A DNA stretch of 64,000 nt from Azolla caroliniana (lineage: Eukaryota > Plantae > Polypodiophyta), in NCBI GenBank assembly GCA_043228905.1, contig JBHGNT010000001.1, positions 12,338,001-12,402,000 on the forward strand. The letters run 5' to 3'. Numbering within the stretch: the first letter of the stretch is position 1; each line of letters starts with the position of its first letter. The position numbers and the translations under genes were made by a program. Below, piece by piece: positions 12,701 through 26,564 of this stretch. The notes beneath the pieces were generated by a model. The model worked only from the letters and a program-made list of their open reading frames with translations. It did not search any database and was not told where the DNA came from.

Positions 12701-14571
12701 TTTTCTATGCTGTAGCAACTGGGGGATTGAGCCTTCATAGGGCACATAACTGGACAGATTTGGAGACTTTTGGTCTTGATGATCGCCTGCATGATAAGAG
12801 AGTGTGCGCTGATAGGAGAAGTGCTGATTGGTTGTTCATGTGTAGATGCATCAAGTCTCAACTTTAGTTTTATATCTTTCCATTCTGTTTGGATGTGAGA
12901 CGTTCTTTCATGACATGATAATTTGGGATTCCTCCACTTAATGGCATGACGATGTGCAATTTGTCTTACCATATGTTTTCTAACATCTTGTCCCTTACAT
13001 GGTCTACTGAAAATAATTGTGTTTAAACATTTGTATATTGTAGCTATTAGTAGAATTCTATTAGTTTCTTAGAAATTCGGAATATATGTATGCTCTCTTG
13101 ATTCTGCAGTAATGCAACCATATCCCTTTTCATGATGATAGTTGTTATTTCCACAATGTTAAAGGATTGGACTGGGATAGACACAGAGAAAGCGTTCAAA
13201 TACATCATGGATTGTCAGGTATAATTAACTGTATTCTACTTTTCATTGTTATTCTCCTTTTTTTTGGTATATGATTAATTTGATCCCTCAAATCTGTACC
13301 ATTTGTTAAATGTTGTGCAGTCTTATGATGACGGCTTTGGTCTTTGTCCAGGTTTAGAATCTCATGGTAATGTAGTACTAAGACAAAGACATCATGTATA
13401 AATTTATATTATAAAAATATGCTCACAAGTTCGAAGGCCAAATATTGAAAAATGTGTTTGATCTCCCCTTGTGATCAAGAAAGTTTATTTATTACAAAAA
13501 AGCCCATTATGATTGTTTGAATTTTGCAAATGTTGCTTTTGAATGTGTAAATTTGTTTACTATAGTCATTAAGCATGTTGATACATTTGTGATTCTCAAC
13601 ATTATGTTTCAAAAGACTTGTTTTTGGGGGAATTTTTTATATAGTTTTGAGAGAATTATTTGTTAGGAGGAGCGACTTATTGTGCGGTTGCTGCACTACT
13701 GATGATGGGGTATATAACATTTGATCCTTCATCAGGGAACTACTCTTCATCCGCACTTGATGTAAATGCACTCATTAAATGGTGTATTCAGGTATGCCTT
13801 TCTCTTTATGTAATGATACTTTTTAAGTACATGATAATGAGGTGTCAAATTAGATATCTTATCTATATAAAGATGGAAGAGAGTGGGTGACGTTGGGGAT
13901 AAAGGCCCAAGGACGCTCCTTTTTTGTATATTTTGACCCTTCCACATGAAAGCTCTCAATTTGGGGGTTATAGACATTTACATTATCTTTATAACTTTTG
14001 GTCATTGGCCGTGTGTGAACATGCCCAAATGACCTAAAAGTCACTCATCAATAGGAATTGGTCCCAAATCTCTCTTAACGACACAGGGGACTTTTAATTA
14101 CCCGATCTTTCTCTCCATTTTTCTACATAGTTTTCTCTACTTTCTCTCTTCTCACACAACAACCCAATGCCTTGGTGTTTTGGAGTAACTGATCACAACA
14201 TCTCATCTCTTTCAGGGGATAGTGGGCATGTTTGTTTTACTCCAATCGTGCTAGCCATAGGCTCTGAAACATGCACCTTTGTTTTACTCTCAACACATTT
14301 CTCCTTTATATTTCCATAAAATTTAGGACATGCATGTGCTTTCTCTTGTGTTTGGAGAAATTGTTGAGTAACTTCCCATATTCTTCTCTCTCTAAAGAAA
14401 TCTTTTGTGCTTCTGCAAATGCTTTTGATCAATTTCCTTATCCTTGACTACATCCAATCTCATAAGGCACTTTCTAGCTTCATGCATTTCTTATCAAACC
14501 GTTTTTCTTTGAACTACATTTCTTGATGCCGTTGCTAGGTATGTGCTTGGTTGAAAGGCATTTGTTTGTAC

Positions 14572-14620
<49 letters not shown>

Positions 14621-15205
14621 TTGCGTGTACAGAGACAATCCGAAACAGGAGGCTTTCAAGGAAGAGCAAATAAACCTTCCGACACTTGCTATGCTTTTTG
14701 GTAAATTACTCTAGGAGGGATATGGAGTATCATATAAAATATATAAATGTTAAGAATTATATAATATATATGTTTAAAAAATAAGATATATATCTACATA
14801 TTTACATAATGTGTTTGTTTTAAGTGATTTTTATGTCAATGCTTATGGAGGATACAAGGTACACTACATCTACTCGGCATGAAAAACTTATGTGATACAG
14901 ATGCATTATCCAGCTTCTTAATGAGTTGCCAATACAAGGTACATATGCAATCTCAAAATTGGTTCCATGTGTAACATTATATGAGAATCCATGTTGTATG
15001 ATAATAATCTTTCGAGTTGCTTTTGTTTTGTTTTTCCTAGTATGGAGGTTTCAGCAAATGTCCGGGAGAAGTGTCAGATATATTACATGCTTATTATGGG
15101 CTTTGTGGTATGAGCTTGTTAGGGGAGCCATTGTTGAAGAAAATCTGTTGTGAGTTCGGTATATCTATAGACGCTGCTAGTAACATCGCAATTGGTTCAA
15201 ATTGA
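9306..15205 (+). CDS. GGB: Protein geranylgeranyltransferase type-I beta subunit, 11 exons, about 351 aa
   Basis: Exons 9306-9449, 9814-9892, 10292-10353, 10925-11070, 11198-11253, 13142-13218, 13321-13366, 13667-13791, 14633-14700, 14851-14938 and 15041-15205 have GT-AG boundaries in consistent phase (1056 nt, ends TGA). Motifs NRLTMAYFTISGL, HLPSTYSAL, EADLRFVYCA, ESHGGATYCA, GGFQGRANKPSDTCYAFW and YGGFSK..DILHAYYG match GGTase-I beta, including the Zn ligands D/C/H. The start codon is the least certain part. Confidence 0.92.
9965..10290. repeat. About 31-bp minisatellite in GGB intron 2
   Basis: Repeated degenerate units of GATCTTTCACATAGTTCAATTAGAGATT. Confidence 0.7.
11380..12800 (+). 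mobile_element. Degenerate LINE RT remnant in GGB intron 5
   Basis: Fragments DYRTIMIGHYLTRLYGSIL, GIKQGCSLSPTLF and ADDIVLIS, with many stops; boundaries approximate. Confidence 0.7.
13800..14570 (-). mobile_element. Fragmented RTE-X-like LINE remnant in GGB intron 8
   Basis: RRIWEVTQQFLQTQEKAHACPKFYG, STIGVKQTCPLSP and PTLFHLYIDK are homologous to the LINE at 53896-56508. Confidence 0.7.
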
Positions 15206-18049
15206 ATGATGGAGATGAAATGACCTCATTTGTTAATTGCATTATGAATCCATATGGATTTTTTTGTTCTTTAAATTTATTCCTCTTTGTATTGTTACTA
15301 TGATCCAATGTGAATGTGTATTGTGATAGTGATCCAACATTGATTGAGTTGTCTTTTCGTTTTGGAAGCTACTTTGTTGCCCCACATCAGTCTCATGGGT
15401 TTGTCGTCTCTTTGAAGAACCATCATTTTTTATACTTGTCTTAGTTTGACATTCATTCACACGTCTTCCTTGTTTGTGGACATCTTTGTGTGATGGGTTT
15501 TGGTTTTAGGGATCCTTTGAATGATGAGTATACTTTTATATAACTATTTTAAAGAGCAACGCCTTTACTATGAAAACAAGAGTATACCTACTCTAGCTGA
15601 TCTTAACTGTCATGAGCCCAACATTGAATGCTTTTGGTGCCTTGCTTAAAAGTAAACATCATAAAACCATCACATCTTATTTGTCACATGCTTCTCAAGT
15701 TGTAATTTTTTATACTCATATTGAAAAGCAATGCACCACTAACTAATGTATTCAGAACGTGGCTTCATCCCTACAACCAATACCTCACATTGCTCGTCAG
15801 TGTATGCTCTTCTATCTAATAGCAATAAGTTTATTGCATTAAAATTGATTTATTATAGTTACAATTTATTATAGCAATAAGTTTATTAAAATTGATTTAT
15901 TATAGTTAAAATTGACATATTAGCTATGCATGTTGGTATGTCTTGTTGAGGTATCTCTTGGTTCCCAAGTCATGTGAAAACAATCACTATTGGTGACAAC
16001 TCATTGATATACTCGAAGGTTAGTGAAATATCATGTACTTGGAGATTTTTCTTGTTAAGCATGTGCTATGGGGGCAAGGTTGAGGTTCCCTCGATTGGTT
16101 TTTTGCATAAAATACCTTCCCTCGATCCCTTCATGTAATACCTCTTTGTGCTGACTTGCATGGGACCAGAGCCTAATCATAATAAGGAAACCTATTTCAA
16201 AAATTGTTGCATTGGATAAGGTTTACACCTAACTATGGCCTTTTTAACTGTTTGCACCTAGTATGACAATAGATTCCATACATGAACGCTCTTGACAGTG
16301 GAGGATGATAAGCTAAAGTGTGGGAGGATGATAAGCTAAAGTGTGGGGGGGGTGAAGAGAGAGCTTAGTGATAGCCAACATGTCTTCATCTTCTACAAAT
16401 TCATTTGGCATTGATGGGGAGTTAGTGGGTTCGACAATCAAGGGCAATGTTGTTGGTTGCAGGATTGGCAAGACCATGCTTGGAGGTACTATGGGAGCAT
16501 GATTGTGTCATCATGGGGCATTTACTTGGCCACTCAAATCTTGGCCCCATTTGAAAACAAGAATTGGTTCATGATACAACTATCTTATGCTCTCTCGCAT
16601 CTTTGTTGTTGCCTAATTTAGGAAGTAGGCTTCCTAACCTTGTTGGACCCTTGCTTCTCTCACTTTTCTGAGAGTAGGTGAACCTCGACCTCATTTGTTG
16701 CCCATTCATGCCAAAACACTACCATGAATGCGTGGAGTCACTCTACCATTTGGCATAAGAGATCATTTGTTTTGAATCCAAGTTGCATAAACTCTTGTTG
16801 ATTGAGGATAAGGGAGGGTTCATGAATCATTGATGGATAACATGCACTCATTGATGCGATTCTCTAATGACTAGATATTGACTATATCGTGCACTTAGAA
16901 TAGGTGACATAGTCAAGTTGTGGTATGAGCAATTGGAAGGCCCAAGCCTTGGTTGTTCTAGTGGCCATGATTGAAGATCTTGATTCTCTCTAGTTATAGC
17001 TACTGCAATTTGGTTGAAGATCTCCTCAATTCAATAATGTAAAACTCATCCTTTGTCTTCGAGAGCCACACCACAATTGTGAGGGATTGCAAGGGCTCTT
17101 GGGCGGTCATTAGTTCTCAATGTATAACTACTCCTTGGTCACTAGTTGGAAGTTGTCATCAAACCCCATTCATGGTATTGAAGTTGATGCGATATTTCTC
17201 CATTTGCTACTGCCCTACCAGTAGATTATGCGAATGTAATCCACAATGTGAGTACACAATCACAATCTTAATCAGTTAACCTTATCTCCAAGCAACTCAT
17301 GCACAAACCTTGAGTGCAACCAATAGTACATGGGCAATCTTAACAAGTGAACCTTGCCTCCAAGCAACTCAAGCACAAACCTTGTGTGTAACCAATAGTA
17401 CATGGAGAGGCTAACCAAAACAAACAAAAAAGAAAAGAGAGAGAAAGAAAACATTAATCACAACAATATTGATAATAAAGTAATAGTAATTAATAGTACT
17501 AATAATACTACTCATAAAAATAACATAAACTATATCATAATAAATAACCTCATCCCATAAAAAATATCCCAAAAAATGATAATAATATTATAACTAGCTT
17601 GGACCTCCAAATGCACCCTTAACAAAAGCCCACTAGTTGTTCCCCAATGGTCGGTCTTTGGACATGGGTAATCATCTTAACAACATGACTTATGAAGATA
17701 AGTACTTGTACGTACGCAACACAACCTATGAAGAGATCAACAGTGACACTAAAGATCACATGTGAAGCCAAGAAAAGGGGAATATAACATTAAAGAGCTA
17801 TACAACTCAAATTTATGCTTTTTTAACGCTTCTTCCTAAACTTGGAAGTTTCTTTCTTTCCCTTGTCATCTAAGCTCATTGCATAAGCCCCCTAAGGCAT
17901 TAGTGAGCTTCTTAGTAATGTTAGTGCTTTCAGCAGGAGGTGGCTAAGAGTTCACGAGATTAGGGTACGTGAGTGGTTGGAGAGTGCTAGACAACTACTC
18001 TTCCAACACGCCTTCAATAGTGTATATGGTGGTATGGACTAATGGAGAT

Positions 18050-21000
18050 AGAACTTTGTCGATACAAAGACAAGCACTTGGTGGTGGGGATGTGATATCC
18101 AACTCATGCATGTGATGAATCAAGAGAAGAATATAGAAAGCATAGATGTCTGAGAATTTAATGAACGTGAACAACGATGAAAGAACATTGTCATTCGTGG
18201 GATTAAAGAGGAGAGTGTGGAAACAACTACATCCCTTAGAAAGGCCATCAGTGAATTGTTTAACATGCATTATGGTATGTCAGATGTGAATGTGTATGGG
18301 GCAAACTGAGTTGGGAAACATGGTGTTACTCGCTCCTGAGAAAGGCCTATTGTATGCACAATGACGAATGCTACAAAGAGGGGAATCATACTAAAAAAAA
18401 GTTGGACATACCTCAAAGGTATGCAATGCTTTGTGAGTGAAGATCTTACTATCTCACAACAAAATGCTCGTCGTAAAGAATATGAAGAAAAATTCAAAAA
18501 TAAGGTTAGGGATGTGCCTAAAGACGGAAATGTAGGCAACTAGGGACAGGTGACCTATGAGACTAAACCATGTCTTCTATGACAATGCTTTTGGAATTGC
18601 AATGGATACCCATGGAATGCGAGATTGGGCATAGAGGAGTTCATCGATGATTTGGATATCACACTTCTTGTTGAAACATGGGAGCATGATACTCAAAGGA
18701 TTCAAGGTTTAGGAAACTATAATGTACACTCTTTCATATGGGAGAAAAATCCAAGATAAAGTAGAGGACAAGGAGGGGTGGCATGTTTAATTAAGAGGGA
18801 AATAGAGAAATATGCATGGATCGTAAAAAAGGATGAACATAAATGCTACATATGGCTCAAAATAGAAACACCTAATGATTTGCCCACTTTTGTGGTTGGA
18901 TGTTTAACTTACATTCCTCATCAAGATTCTAACTTTTATGCTTGTTTGGATAAAGATCAACTTTTTGCCAATCTAGACGATGATATTGCTTATTTCAAAT
19001 TCAAAGGGGAAGTTCTTGTCTTTGGTGACATGAATGCCCGTACGAGAAGTTTCCGACTTGATGCGCAATAATATTTCATACCACATATGTCAAGGATGCA
19101 ATCTAGGATATGCAAATGTATAGCCGCTTTTCTAGCGATGACAAAGATCCGGACCAATTTGGGAAGTTACTCCTACAAATGTGCAATAGTACCAAATTGC
19201 TTATTGCAAATGGTGTCTCCTTATGGCCCAATACTAATGGTTTTACATGTAGAAAACATAATGGAAATAGTGTAATTGACTATGTGCTACTTTATAAAGG
19301 TATTTTGGATCGTGTACATAAGTTCTCACTTGGTGAATGGACATCGGAATCCGATCGTAGGGTTTTATGTATTGAATTGAAATGTATGTATAGGTTTGAT
19401 TGTGAGAAGGCCATTGAAGATAATAAACAACCCTATTTGAGGATGAACCTTAAGCGAGCTCTTATGTATTCCAAAATGGTTGAGGATATGTTACAAATGA
19501 CAAAGATACAACACAGTGCCACACTAGAATGCAAATGGGAAGCTTTTAAGAAAGTCATTCTCTCATGTGCAAATGAATGTTATTTGACCAAGCACACATC
19601 TCGGAAATGTATCAAGAAATGTAGTTCAAAGAAAAAATGGTTTGATAAAGAATGTCATGAAGCTCGAAAACGCTTTATGATTTTGGATGTACTTAAGGAT
19701 AAGGAGAATTATCAAAGGCATTTGCATGAGTACAAAAGGTTTATTCAAAGAAAGAGAAGAATATGGGAAGTTACTCAACCATTTTTGTAAATGCAAGACA
19801 AAGCGCACACATGTGCTAAATTTTGGGGAAATCTAAAGGGGAAACGTGTTGAGAGTTATGGTGAGTTAAGTCTTCTTGACTTGTCTATGCATTGTAAGAA
19901 TTGATATGAGCTAGCTCTTGCCGGAAAGATGATGTGTTATGGTTCTCTTTCACACATGTCTCCCTTCTTTACAATCGAAGATATATGCATAGGACTTGAG
20001 AAATTGGCCTCTCGAAAGACAAGCGATCTTCAATGTATAAAGGCTAAAATGCTAAAATGGATGGGAAAGGAAGCACACCCATGGATAAGTGATATGTTTA
20101 ATCATGCATTGCAACATGGTATGCCATATGATTTGACTACACATTGGATCAAAACTTTACATAAAGGTGGAGATGTAAATAACCTTTGCATAAAGATGGT
20201 TCACTTGCTAATGGAAAAACTATTTGGATGTATAATGGAATCAAATATAAGTGCATCGGCTAGAAAAAATGGTAAGAGAGCTTATGGACAAGCCAGCTTT
20301 CGAAAACACCATAGCACCATTGATCACCTTGTCACCGTTCGAGTATTAATGGAGGAAAGTTGTTGTTGAGGTAAAGGTTTATATTGTTGCTTCGTAGACT
20401 TTAAGAAAGCTTTTGATATAGTACCTCTTGGGCATCTTTGGAGGCGAATGGAAGAACTCAAGGTGCCAAGTGAATATATGCTTGAAATCTCTTGAATATA
20501 TGAGAAGGTTATATGTTGTGTGCGAATGAGCGATAAAATTTCATATTTTTCCAATAGCACTATTGGTGTTAAGCAAGGATGCACACTTTCACCAACTCTA
20601 TTTGGTCTATGCACTGATGATTTGGAAGAAATAGTTGCCAAGTTTGTAAACGAAGAAGGTGTTGAAGAAGTTGCAATTAGGAATGTTGTCATTATGCTTT
20701 TGATATGCAGATGATGTAGTGCTTTTTGCAAATACTTTAGGAGATGCGCAAAAGCTTATGAAGGCATTAGAAAAGTTTTGCATGCATACGAAATTAAGTG
20801 TTAATAGCTCTAAAATAAAGATTATGCTTGTAAAGAGCCAAAAAAGAGATAAGCCATGCATTATGTACAATGATGAGCCACTTGAATGTGCGGAAAGCCC
20901 CAAATATCTTCGCCTTGAAGTTCCTTCAAATCATAGATGGAATGAATGTGATACATGCCGCTTAGAGGTGGGAAAGCAAGCATATTATGCATTTGAGAAC

Positions 21001-22465
21001 ACATGCAATCCTAGAGATATTAAGTGTTGGGTCCTCAAGAAATACCTTTTTGACACTTTGGTGGCACTGATGCTTCTCTATGGGGTTGAAGTATGGGGTG
21101 GTAACATCCCAAAATCTACTTAGAAAGAGTTTGAAAAACATTTTCTTGCAAAGTTTCTGTTGAGAATCAAGCTCAACATAGTGCAACGTGTGAACACACC
21201 TTTTGAGAATCTATGATTACTCAAAGGTCAAGAGTCACAACACTACTCTCTACACATTAACTATGTGTCATAGAAATCATATTCTATGACACATAACTAA
21301 TGAGTTATATATTCCCCATGATTATGAATCTTCACATTCCCCAAGAGAGAGAGTGGTTGTTGTAGTTAGTTAATGAAGAGAGAGGGTGACTATATATAAA
21401 ACACCCTCCTCACACTTGATATTAAGTCGGTTGTGACTCCTTGTTATGCTACATTTTGTAATTCTTATTCTACTTGTGAAATATACATCTTTTTCTTGAG
21501 TATTCTATTTTCCTCTCATTTATCTATCTTCAATTCTCGTTTCTCTCCTCTCTTTTTCTCTCATAGATATACACACATAACGCACATCTATTCTGCTGCA
21601 AAAGAATCACCATCGATTCTTTACAGTTTCTACAAGTTAAGAAACAAATGCCATACATCCTCCTCCTCCTTGAGACAGGATCACTTCCCATTGAGATCAT
21701 GGCCATGGAAAGAGTTGTTGAATACATGATTAAGGTTCAAAAAATTCCCTCACATCAACTTCCTAGAATCGCATGGGAAGCAAGAAAAAAGATCCAAAAG
21801 ACGCAAAAAAATCCCTCACATCAACTTCCTATTGGATGCAAGATATGAAAATTTGGTTTGGTAGATCAGATGCAACACATTTGCTTCATGATGCATCACT
21901 AGCTTCCTCTATAAATTATGTTTTTTTGCAATGCCAATGTATCATGACATGGGAAAAATGTGGAGGCTCATATTTCACATATTATATTACACATGTTGCA
22001 CCTAACTACAAAACCATATTCTTTGCGGAATGGGAAAACCGTACAGATCGATACATGTTAGAGCCCATTCCGTTGGCTTCTATTCGATCCATTGCATCCA
22101 TGCAACTTAGCTCACAGGCATTGCGATGTGAGATGGGGTGTTGGGGCACAAGTGATGGGAGTGGTCGACTATGCACACTTTGCCCTAAACAAGTTTGAGA
22201 GTTTGAGTATGATACTTTGATACAATGCGCTGCCTTTGATCATATTCGACCATGCTTTCCACACATCTTCGACCAAGCCCAATCCTTGCACGAATTTCTC
22301 TCACAAGCACCATGTGCACTGTCTATTGCAACATTCATTGGTAAAGTTCTTAAACATTGTGAGTCATTACTCACTTTCACATCTATCACGTGAAATGTAA
22401 TATTTTTTGTCTCATAGGTCATATTTGACCTCCGAAGACGATAATATAATCTATCTATCTGTCTC
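18050..22465 (+). mobile_element. Near full-length degenerate LINE (RTE-X-like: ORF1 plus APE-RT ORF2) with (CTAT)n tail
   Basis: ORF1-like NIVIRGIKE..CFVSEDLTISQQNARR (about 18180-18540). APE motifs LLVETW, VFGDMNAR and SVIDY. RT motifs CFVDFKKAFD and GVKQGCTLSP. C-terminal LRCEMG..RLCTLC. The 3' end GAAGACGATAATATAATCTATCTATCT is shared with the copy at 53896. The 5' limit is approximate. Confidence 0.88.
21158..21625 (+). mobile_element. Copia solo LTR inserted in the LINE ORF2
   Basis: TGTTGAG..TTTACA flanked by a perfect 5-bp TSD GTTTC; homologous to LTR 5938-6334. The LINE frame KFLQVKK is restored across it. Confidence 0.93.
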
Positions 22466-22659
22466 TCTTGATCTTCTTGAGTCATCTCAGATTGATCCAT
22501 TACGTTCATCTTGTTGTTCTATCAATAGTGTTGTGATTCTGTTTTCGCCATTGACGACCATTCCCAACATGGGTAGAGTATATTACCGTGAGCAAAGGTT
22601 GTCAAAAAATGTGGGTTAAGAAATTTCTATATGAGTTGCTCTTGATGAAGGAAAGCTAT

Positions 22660-22925
22660 AATTTGTATTGTAATGGTCATTAAGAATGATCTTCATTTAT
22701 GCAAGGAGCTCTAGTTTCTATTCCAAGTCTAAACATATTGATGTGAGATACCATTGGATTCAAGATGTCTTGAAGAAAGCACATGCACGTTGAGAAGGTT
22801 CATACTAATCAAAATTGTTCCAACATGATGACAAAGTGTTTCCAAAAGGGAAGCTTTGACGCCTGTAAATAAAATAGAGGCTTGGTTAATGTGCCCCACA
22901 TTTGAGATGGGGGGGGGGGGGGGAG
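22660..22925 (+). mobile_element. Old Copia RNaseH 3' remnant with PPT
   Basis: SKSKHIDVRYHWIQD..EKVHTNQNCSNMMTK followed by a poly-G purine tract. Confidence 0.65.
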
Positions 22926-23757
22926 TATAATTGTAGGTTTTATATTCAAGGGAACAACACGTAAGAAAAGAATTATTTAACATTTGTTTTCTCCATCGGT
23001 AAAAGGTGAATAGTAGAACAAGAGCACAAAGAGGAGAGATCCATCTCCAAACTAGAGGGTAGACTAGTGAGATAGAGGTTTGTTTGTGTTTCGATTGTGA
23101 CAAAATTTCGAGTAGACCAATATCATCTATACATGTATTTTCTTTTTTTTGGCGGTAATCCGTTCTCATGTCGACATGCTCTGCCATGTCAATGTGTTGT
23201 ACGCGTCAATAGGTTTGAAGTGCATTTTATCATTTTTCTCCCATTTAATTCTAAGTTTAAATGAAATTTGATGAGTGTGTTAATTTACCTTGCATATGGT
23301 GTTTTATCTAATATTTGATATTGTTATTGGTAGGCAAGAGTTACCTCTTGAGATTTCTTTGTTGTATTGGTGTGCCCCTAGATGTTTTATGGAGATATAA
23401 TATTTGTAATCCAATTATTGTTGATAGTGGAGGATTTTTTTATCAATGTTCCATCCCATTGCCCTTTTGTCTTTTTTCGATCAATGTCCCATGCTTCTGA
23501 TTTTTTATTTTTCGGTGCTTCACAGGTTCCAATGGCGACTTCAAGTAGCTCCTCTAGATCAAGTAGTAGCTCCATCCTTGGTTTCCAAATTCTGTAGTTC
23601 TATGTACTAAGTTTATCTACTGAGTATTTCCTTGTCAGAGTGGAGCTTGCCATAATGCTGAGGTGGTTGTCTTTTTGCTATGTATATATATATATATTTG
23701 AACAACAAAAGTAGAGTATGGAGCGGGTGATATATTTCTAGGCTTCGTACTACTGAC

Positions 23758-24113
23758 GCTCTGATGCCATGTAGAGATTTTGACACAGGATACAAGATTA
23801 TGGCAAACATGAACTATGGAATAACTTGGAAAGCAATAAGAAATTTGATTAACAAAACAAGCCAGTAAATACAGGAACTAAGAGTGATGAATAAAAGATG
23901 CAAGGATGCAGCGAGCACACACAATAGGTTCCCCAACTTCCTCTTTATATAGCAGAGGAAATGGAGGGAAAAACGAGGTAAGCTTTTTGAAATACAACGT
24001 ATATTGAAAACTGTTTTCTTTTACTAATAATAACTTGGGGTGTGGGGTTATATTTAGTAATTAAATAAGTAGTTGATCACTGACAGCTAATTAGTTAATT
24101 ATAACTTCTAACA
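23758..24113 (-). mobile_element. Truncated LTR element: 5' LTR (23770-24113) plus tRNA-iMet PBS
   Basis: On the minus strand, TGTTAG..TACA is followed directly by TGGCATCAGAGC. Confidence 0.7.
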
Positions 24114-25243
24114 CTCATGTCACATATAATCTATGTAGATAACTATGAAAGGATGTATGCATACTAATATCACCATAATCATTATCGTCAAGAGTTTGCT
24201 TTAGCATGTAAAGTTATCAAACAAACAAGCTTAACATGTATGGCTTACTCCTTCTACCGTGGTTGTCCTCAAGTAACATATTTGAAATTGTCATTTTCTC
24301 GTATAGAACAACATTCTTAGATCATGATCATTTCAAGCATACATCTCAAAATCACATTCTAGTTGAGTGGGGTAAATGTCAATTCTAAAAATAAGGAAGC
24401 AAGGCAACCATTGGCTAGGAATATGGGAACGTTGTGTAAGTGATTGTATGCTTCAATATGAATCTAGATATTGTAGAAGCAATTCATATATGCATGCGTT
24501 CACAAAGTTTAGTAAAAGCAATGCATGAGATGTACTCTTGATTGAACGCTTTATAAGTTTAAGAGATAGTGCAACCCCAGATTCGAATATAGTATGTATA
24601 TAAGACTAGTGGCACAATTGTGTAATAGACTAGTGGAATGGTGATTGTAGGAATCGGAGGCAAATATCGTGTTCGTGTAACCGCAGCCAGAGTCGACGAG
24701 GTGTGGAGTAATTCATCGTCTTCTTGTCGCACGATGGGGATTGTGCCAACGTCAAGGTCATGGCCCCCAAGTGATAGGATCGCAATACGGTCGTTTTGTT
24801 TTGTTTTCCTCTTTATTATTATTATTATTATTATTATTCTTTTCTTTCTTTACTCACTAAAAAACGTAACTTACATTTACCCTTTTAAAGAAATAAAGTA
24901 AGGGTAATAATTACTAAAGAAACAAAACTTTCGTTTTGTTTTATATTACTATCTAATAATAATAAAAATAAATATTATTAAAAAAGAAAAGACAAAATAG
25001 TGACTGGATACATTAACAGGGGGGGGGGGACATCCAAGTTGTGGTGGGGCAGGTCAAGTTTGCTTGTAGAGAATTAGCATCCAAGGGACCCACCGGTTGT
25101 GAATGATACAGAAAGGACTTGACGGTGAGAAAGGGTGGGGGGGGTGTGAGAAAGTGTTATGACCAGAATCAATAGATATAATCGGGACAACACCAATCCA
25201 ATAACGAGAGAGAAAGAGAGAGAGGTGCTTAACCTAACGTGAC

Positions 25244-25277
<34 letters not shown>

Positions 25278-26330
25278 GTATGTATATATAGTTAAATCAC
25301 TTTTTAATGAGAAAACGTGTTGTTGTTGTTGTAGGGTGTAGATAATATATATATATATAGTATATAGGAGAGAGAGAGAGAGATTTTGAGTTGGCCATAT
25401 TCTCAATAAAATTCAACGGACGCACACACACGCACAGGGGGCTGACTTTTTGAACCACCTACCTGCACGCTGCCACCATCAGCACCCTTGACTTTTCTCC
25501 CTTCATTCATCAATTGAGAATGTCAAACCTTGGCGTTCATACCCACTATTAACCTTATTAAACATATTAGTGCTCATGGAAAATGAGCAAAAAAAGGAAC
25601 ACATCGATCATAGCATTCCGTTGTCAAATGTAGGGAGTAGGCTAATTGTCAAAACATAATATAAGAAGCATGCCATGAATGCCTCAATACATGTGCATAT
25701 TCTGAATCGAAATGCCAATAGAGCAAATTTGTGCACATAAATAATAGGTTGCCTACATTATGTAAAAACATGCAACTACATAATTGTGCATATATATTAA
25801 TGACTGTACACGCTAAAATGCGATCAGTGCAAACTATTAGCTACTATGTATGGATGATCCCTTACATTAAATAAAACATCTAGATACATGTGCAAAGTGA
25901 ATCTACATAATAATTATGCACATTGACAAACTTGTGTCTCACTCAACACTAAAATATCTGTATATATGTCATTGTATTGCAAGCTCATGAGATGTAGACT
26001 ACGTTCTGACATGGGGCCAAAACAAACATAAAAGAACTTTACGAGATAGGAGCCCGAAATATTGAAGTAGATCCTGCGTGACTGTCAGAATTATATTAGT
26101 TTGAAGCGCATATTCTGGCCGTCCGTCCATTGGACGTGCTCCCACGAGAGTTGATAATATTTGAAATAGTGAAATTTTCAATCGACAAAAGCCTTTCTCG
26201 ATCCGGCTGAGCTATTCACTAATTTGTCAACGCCACTTGTAGTTGGGTGTGTGGTCGAGAAGACAAGGTCAGTGAGCCACAAACCTTTCTCTCTCTCTCT
26301 CTGTCTGCACCCCTCCCCTCACCTTCTCTG

Positions 26331-26337
26331 TATAAAT
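26331..26337 (+). promoter_or_regulatory. Candidate TATA box of the dirigent gene
   Basis: TATAAAT follows a CT-rich tract about 230 nt upstream of the ATG. Confidence 0.45.
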
Positions 26338-26564
26338 AAGCAGGCTAGGCTAAAGCCAAACCAGCATACATACATACATCATAACTATCTCTCCCTCCTC
26401 CTCCTGCCGCTCATATACTTGCTACTTGAATCATTCCAACCTAACTAACTAACTAACTACCAAACCTGCCCACAATCTTTATCAGATCACATCTTCTTCT
26501 TCTTCTTCTATTGGCTTGTGAATTATATTATACATATTAAACTAATTGAGCACAATTTACAAAC

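Noticed and set aside
15900-17400. Possible decayed Gypsy gag or DNA-transposon remnant
   Set aside because: No diagnostic motif could be read with confidence.
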